From Candidatus Fermentithermobacillus carboniphilus (lineage in GTDB: Bacteria; Bacillota; Sulfobacillia; Fermentithermobacillales; Fermentithermobacillaceae): a stretch of DNA of 64,000 nt. The translations under genes and the position numbers were made by a program. The DNA lies in NCBI GenBank assembly GCA_018208355.1, contig CP062796.1:845777-909776 (forward strand). Reading direction: 5' to 3'. Shown piece by piece: positions 60,442 through 64,000 of this stretch. Under the pieces are notes generated by a model. The model did no database searches. It was given only the letters and a program-made list of their open reading frames with translations, and was not told where the DNA came from. Position 1 is the first letter of the stretch; every line of letters begins with the position of its first letter.

Positions 60442-60590
60442 GTGCTTTCGTCCTTTTGGAGGAGGAAAACAAAGGTGAGACGTAAACTAAGAGGTCTCAG
60501 GACCATTGGTCTGGTCGCCGTCACTTTGATCGTATTTGTAGTTTCCTACAATGTGTATGACAACAACAGAGTTGCGATCGTACGGCAAGA
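60442..60590 (+). pseudogene. 5' fragment of a membrane-anchored protein (metallophosphoesterase-like), cut by IS256
   Basis: TM helix then YNVYDNNRVAIVRQE, ending at the IS boundary. Confidence 0.45.
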
Positions 60591-61310
60591 GAGGTTGTCC
60601 CGTCCACCGTGGAATTTCGCCGGCGACAGCTCTCCTTCCTCCTTTCAGTCGCTGACCATCTCCTTCCTCTCCCGATGAACCTCTCGCTCAAGAGCAGCCT
60701 TTAGCAAGGGCAGTTGCTGATATCCCTGTATCCGACGGAACCTTTTCTCCGCATCCAATAGGCCTGCTGCTGTCCACCTGAGAATCTGACCTGTATCCCG
60801 CCACCTTTTTACCCTTTTGGCCAGTCCTTGGGCAACGCTGTTGGCAGACTCAATAATGTTCGTCGAAGATAGAATTCTCTTGAGATGCCCTGTGAGGCCC
60901 AACCGGGTGACTGTCAACGTTTCCTCCAGGCCCTCTCTAATGCTCGCAGCTGCCCCCGGATATTCTCCTTCTAGACTGTCTGCCAGCCTTTTAAGGGCAG
61001 CCATTGCTTTCTCGGCGTCTTGCTCAGCCCATGCTGCTCGAAGTCGCTGCTGGACCCATAAATGATGGGTCTTGGGTAAATGGTCCAGTACGTTCCTCAT
61101 CTTGTGAATCCGACATCGTTGTACCACTACACTATCCCCTAAAACGTCCCGTACGGCTTTTCTCAGAGCCTTTGAACCATCTATAACCACTAACATCGGT
61201 CTGTCTTTAGGCAAACCCATCCCAACAAGGTCTTCCAAAAGCGCTTTGCAGACAGTTGGGTTCTCGGTAGCACCTTCCCAAAGCCACAGTATGTACTTAC
61301 ACCCAATATC
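60591..61310 (-). mobile_element. Truncated IS256-family element (C-terminal transposase part and right end)
   Basis: LWEGATEN, VIDGSKAL, QRCRIHK.RN, SSTNIIES, EKRFRRI; end sequence GAGGTTGTCCCG; N-terminus absent. Confidence 0.85.
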
Positions 61311-61362
61311 GGCGCAATGCGTAGGTAGTCTCGCGCGCCGTCTGTGATATCCTAAGACGAAG

Positions 61363-62193
61363 GTGAGACTAATGGTCAGGCAAGATCAATTTAGCGGTTT
61401 CTTTGCCGAGTTCTATGATATCCTGCACGCGGGCCTCGGCGACGTGGAGGCGTATCTCGGGTACGCTCGCAGGTTCGGGCCGAGAATCCTGGAACTTGGC
61501 TCGGGGACGGGAAGGATCCTGATTCCTCTGGCACGCGCCGGTTTTCAGGTGACCGGCGTGGACTTATCCGATGATATGATGGCAATATGCAGGCAGAAGC
61601 TGGAGTGCGAATCCTCGGAGGTTCGCGGCAGGGCGAGGGTAGTGAAGGGCAACATCGTGGATCTGGATCTCGGCGATACATTTGATCTGGTCATCGCCCC
61701 CTGTAACCTCATCAACTGTCTCACCGGACCCAGCGAGGGCCTCGCGCTCCTGCGGACTGCAAGGCGCCACCTTAGGGACGGAGGCATGTTCATCCTTGAC
61801 AGCAGCATTCCGGACATACCGCACATGGTAAAGTCCAACGGCGTGACCAAGACGTTCGAATTTACTCACCCGCTAACCGGCACAACCATCATAGATCGCT
61901 TCACCGCGTGGTATGACTTCGTCCTACAGATTGAGACGGATCACATAATCCTCGAAGAACGCGACGGCAGCAGGCTCCTGCGGCGGGAAGAGGTCACCGA
62001 CACACAAACGTACTACTTTCCGCGCGAAGTCCGCATGATGCTGGCGGCGGCAGGATTTCGGATCGTCCACGAGCAGGGCTCGGTCATTGAGGACATCCCC
62101 ATTGATAGTAATGCGGGAGAGATGGTGTTCTTCTGTCAGAAAGATTCTGACCGGAACCTCGAGATCAACATGCATGCTAACTGCGCTCTATAA
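61363..62193 (+). CDS. Class I SAM-dependent methyltransferase
   Basis: ILELGSGTGR, GVDLS, FDLVI. Confidence 0.9.
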   Translation: MRLMVRQDQFSGFFAEFYDILHAGLGDVEAYLGYARRFGPRILELGSGTGRILIPLARAGFQVTGVDLSDDMMAICRQKLECESSEVRGRARVVKGNIVDLDLGDTFDLVIAPCNLINCLTGPSEGLALLRTARRHLRDGGMFILDSSIPDIPHMVKSNGVTKTFEFTHPLTGTTIIDRFTAWYDFVLQIETDHIILEERDGSRLLRREEVTDTQTYYFPREVRMMLAAAGFRIVHEQGSVIEDIPIDSNAGEMVFFCQKDSDRNLEINMHANCAL

Positions 62194-62332
62194 CATGTGA
62201 GGATGAACTCTGTTGAAAAGGCTGGCCTTGTTCCTCCTGCTGGCAACGCTTCTTTGCCCCACGGGAATTATGTCTGTACCGCGGGCGGAGAATTGTGAAG
62301 GCCCAAGCCCGATACTACTCGGCTATACAGAA

Positions 62333-62360
62333 ACCCTTCTGACGGCGGTTTCATATAGTA
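62333..62360 (+). promoter_or_regulatory. SigK-like promoter
   Basis: ACC-N16-CATATAGTA, 31 bp before the ferritin-like gene. Confidence 0.5.
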
Positions 62361-62390
62361 GTGTAGATAGTAGACGAGGGGTGAACATCT

Positions 62391-62669
62391 TTGTCCGAGG
62401 AACTAGCGATGCGTTATGGGGACCAGGACCAAGCAACCGTGCTTGAAATGCTTCGGGAAGACCTCATAGGAGAACTTCAAGCCATAAATCAGTATGAACG
62501 ACATGCGAGGACGACCTCTTACGCACCCGCCCGACAGCTTTTCCAGGAAATTGCCGATGATGAAAAACACCACGTAGCCGAGCTGCTAAGGATGATAGCA
62601 CAGCTTGATAGAGTACAGGCCGAAGAGCTGAGAAAGGCTTTCATGTACAGTCTAGGAAAGCGTGATTAG
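62391..62669 (+). CDS. Small half-ferritin/rubrerythrin-like protein
   Basis: DLIGELQAINQYERH...IADDEKHHVAEL di-iron motifs; RBS GAGGGG. Confidence 0.85.
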   Translation: MSEELAMRYGDQDQATVLEMLREDLIGELQAINQYERHARTTSYAPARQLFQEIADDEKHHVAELLRMIAQLDRVQAEELRKAFMYSLGKRD

Positions 62670-63086
62670 TCCTTACGGTGGAGCAAAACAAAGGTTGTCT
62701 TGGTGAATAACTCTTGGATCAAAAAGGTCTGGAGCAGGCTTGCTACTGGGCCCCTCTTTCTTTGCGCACCTTAGGTCGGTAAAGCCCCGTGCTGTGAACC
62801 CCGCCATGGCTGGGACCCAGTAAGCGGCAAAGTCATTTTCTTAGGCATTTGGCAGTATCCTGCAACTTTTGCTTTAGAGGCTCTTGGTTCTTCCGTCACT
62901 TCGGAAACATACCTATACCGATAGATTCGGTTCCGCAGTTGCCAGCGTCAACCTTCCCTGACGTGCCGGAAGCAACCAAATCGTGGATGAGAGCGGAAAT
63001 CAAGGCAACCGAAGATGTAAGACTGCTCAATTACCCGAAACAAGAGAAAGGCCGAGGAAGTACATATACTTCGTTATCCCCAGCAG

Positions 63087-63572
63087 CTAATTCCACTTAC
63101 GTACAATGGGTATTGCTTCTAAATGGTTCAGAATATCATCTAACCCTTCTGGAAATGCGTACCATACACCCTTATGAAGATCTAACAATTTCCGCTCCCT
63201 AATAAAGTATCTCAGCCCATACAATTGATGAGGCTCCAAGACAAGGGTTATTACACCGTCCCCTGGAGGAAACGGAGTACTAGCCCTCCCTATCCTTTTG
63301 GCCTCTCCCAGTAACCGGACGAATGAAGTCAACCCTTTCCCGTCGGAGATTTGATGCCATTCTAACGAACCTCCCGGGGTTAGAGCCTGCTTTGATTGCC
63401 GGACAGTGTTAATGCGCACCTCAACAACTTTTCCCAGGTCGAGTTGGATTTCTCCGGCTAGATTGCGATGACCGCATGAACTCAGCACGAGAAGGACCAT
63501 GCCACACAGCAAGATGTAAACTACGCCCCTGTAATTCATAGACCTCCGATATCCTCCCACGGCTAGAGGCAA
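63087..63572 (-). CDS. Hypothetical lipoprotein
   Basis: MNYRGVVYILLCGMVLLVLSSC lipobox; real start probably the ATG after GGAGG near 63539. Confidence 0.6.
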   Translation of the reverse strand: MPLAVGGYRRSMNYRGVVYILLCGMVLLVLSSCGHRNLAGEIQLDLGKVVEVRINTVRQSKQALTPGGSLEWHQISDGKGLTSFVRLLGEAKRIGRASTPFPPGDGVITLVLEPHQLYGLRYFIRERKLLDLHKGVWYAFPEGLDDILNHLEAIPIVRKWN

Positions 63573-64000
63573 TCTGTTCGTCGCCTGACATAGTCGATTA
63601 CGTCTGTGGTCCGCGGTTTGGTATCAGGATTCCTGATATCCCAAGACTGTCGTACAGACGTGCTCATACCCTTCCGGGATCCCCATCCACACAGATATAT
63701 CTTATTCATGAATTGGGCCTCTTCCTCCGGCACTTCGGGCAGAAACTGAAGTCTGCCTGAAGTCTCTGGCCGCAGTACGGACAAAACGCAGCGTAGTTAC
63801 CCTTGAGCGCATTCGTACGCCTCACATGCTGTACGTGGACGTCCCAAGATACACGAACCCCGACATCGAGAAGCTGCTTGCGATAGGACGGCCGTTCAGG
63901 TGCGCCGCCGTGCTTGCGCTACAGACCCCAGTGCAGGCTGAACTGGACGGAAGCCGTACTTTCAGGGAGGTTATGAACGAAGCCCACCGCCTCTGACAGC

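Noticed and set aside
59986-60678. 230-aa ORF
   Set aside because: A chimera of toxin antisense sequence, a truncated gene start and the IS256 end.
1-64000. CRISPR array, rRNA or integron-type cassette repeats
   Set aside because: I found no regularly spaced repeats, rRNA-like sequence or recurring attC-like element by eye; the repeats present are explained by the duplication and IS ends.

Overview
64 kb of chromosome from what is most likely an anaerobic, spore-forming Bacillota (inferred from the SLH-anchored protein, split gcvPA/gcvPB, AOR and SigK-like promoters). The left end holds the start of a gas-vesicle cluster (zinc-ribbon gene, gvpA, two orphan genes, gvpN running off the edge) behind a near-consensus SigK-type promoter. 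Next come an IclR-controlled catabolic operon of unknown substrate (PreA-like flavo-FeS enzyme missing its catalytic loop, cupin, Kbl, divergent M24 hydrolase, NCS1 permease), an ABC exporter, a ~2170-aa SLH-anchored bacillopeptidase-F-like S8 protease and a VapBC pair. A sigma54 operon follows (DUF819 transporter, Zn dehydrogenase, strongly divergent GcvPA/PB without GcvH/T, CoA transferase); its first gene is split by a 3118-bp three-gene TGT...ACA transposon with a 6-bp target duplication. The right ~27 kb is a decaying accessory/defence region: a segmental duplication with reciprocal gene loss, four MNT(-HEPN) loci, an MqsR/MqsA-DUF4065 pair, two toxins inactivated by point lesions, an orphan Dam-family methylase, a 1228-aa protein with a C-terminal PD-(D/E)xK nuclease, AOR-MoaD, IS21/IS256 relics and many deletion-scarred fragments. 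I saw no rRNA, convincing tRNA or CRISPR array. All family calls are by-eye motif recognition, not database searches.
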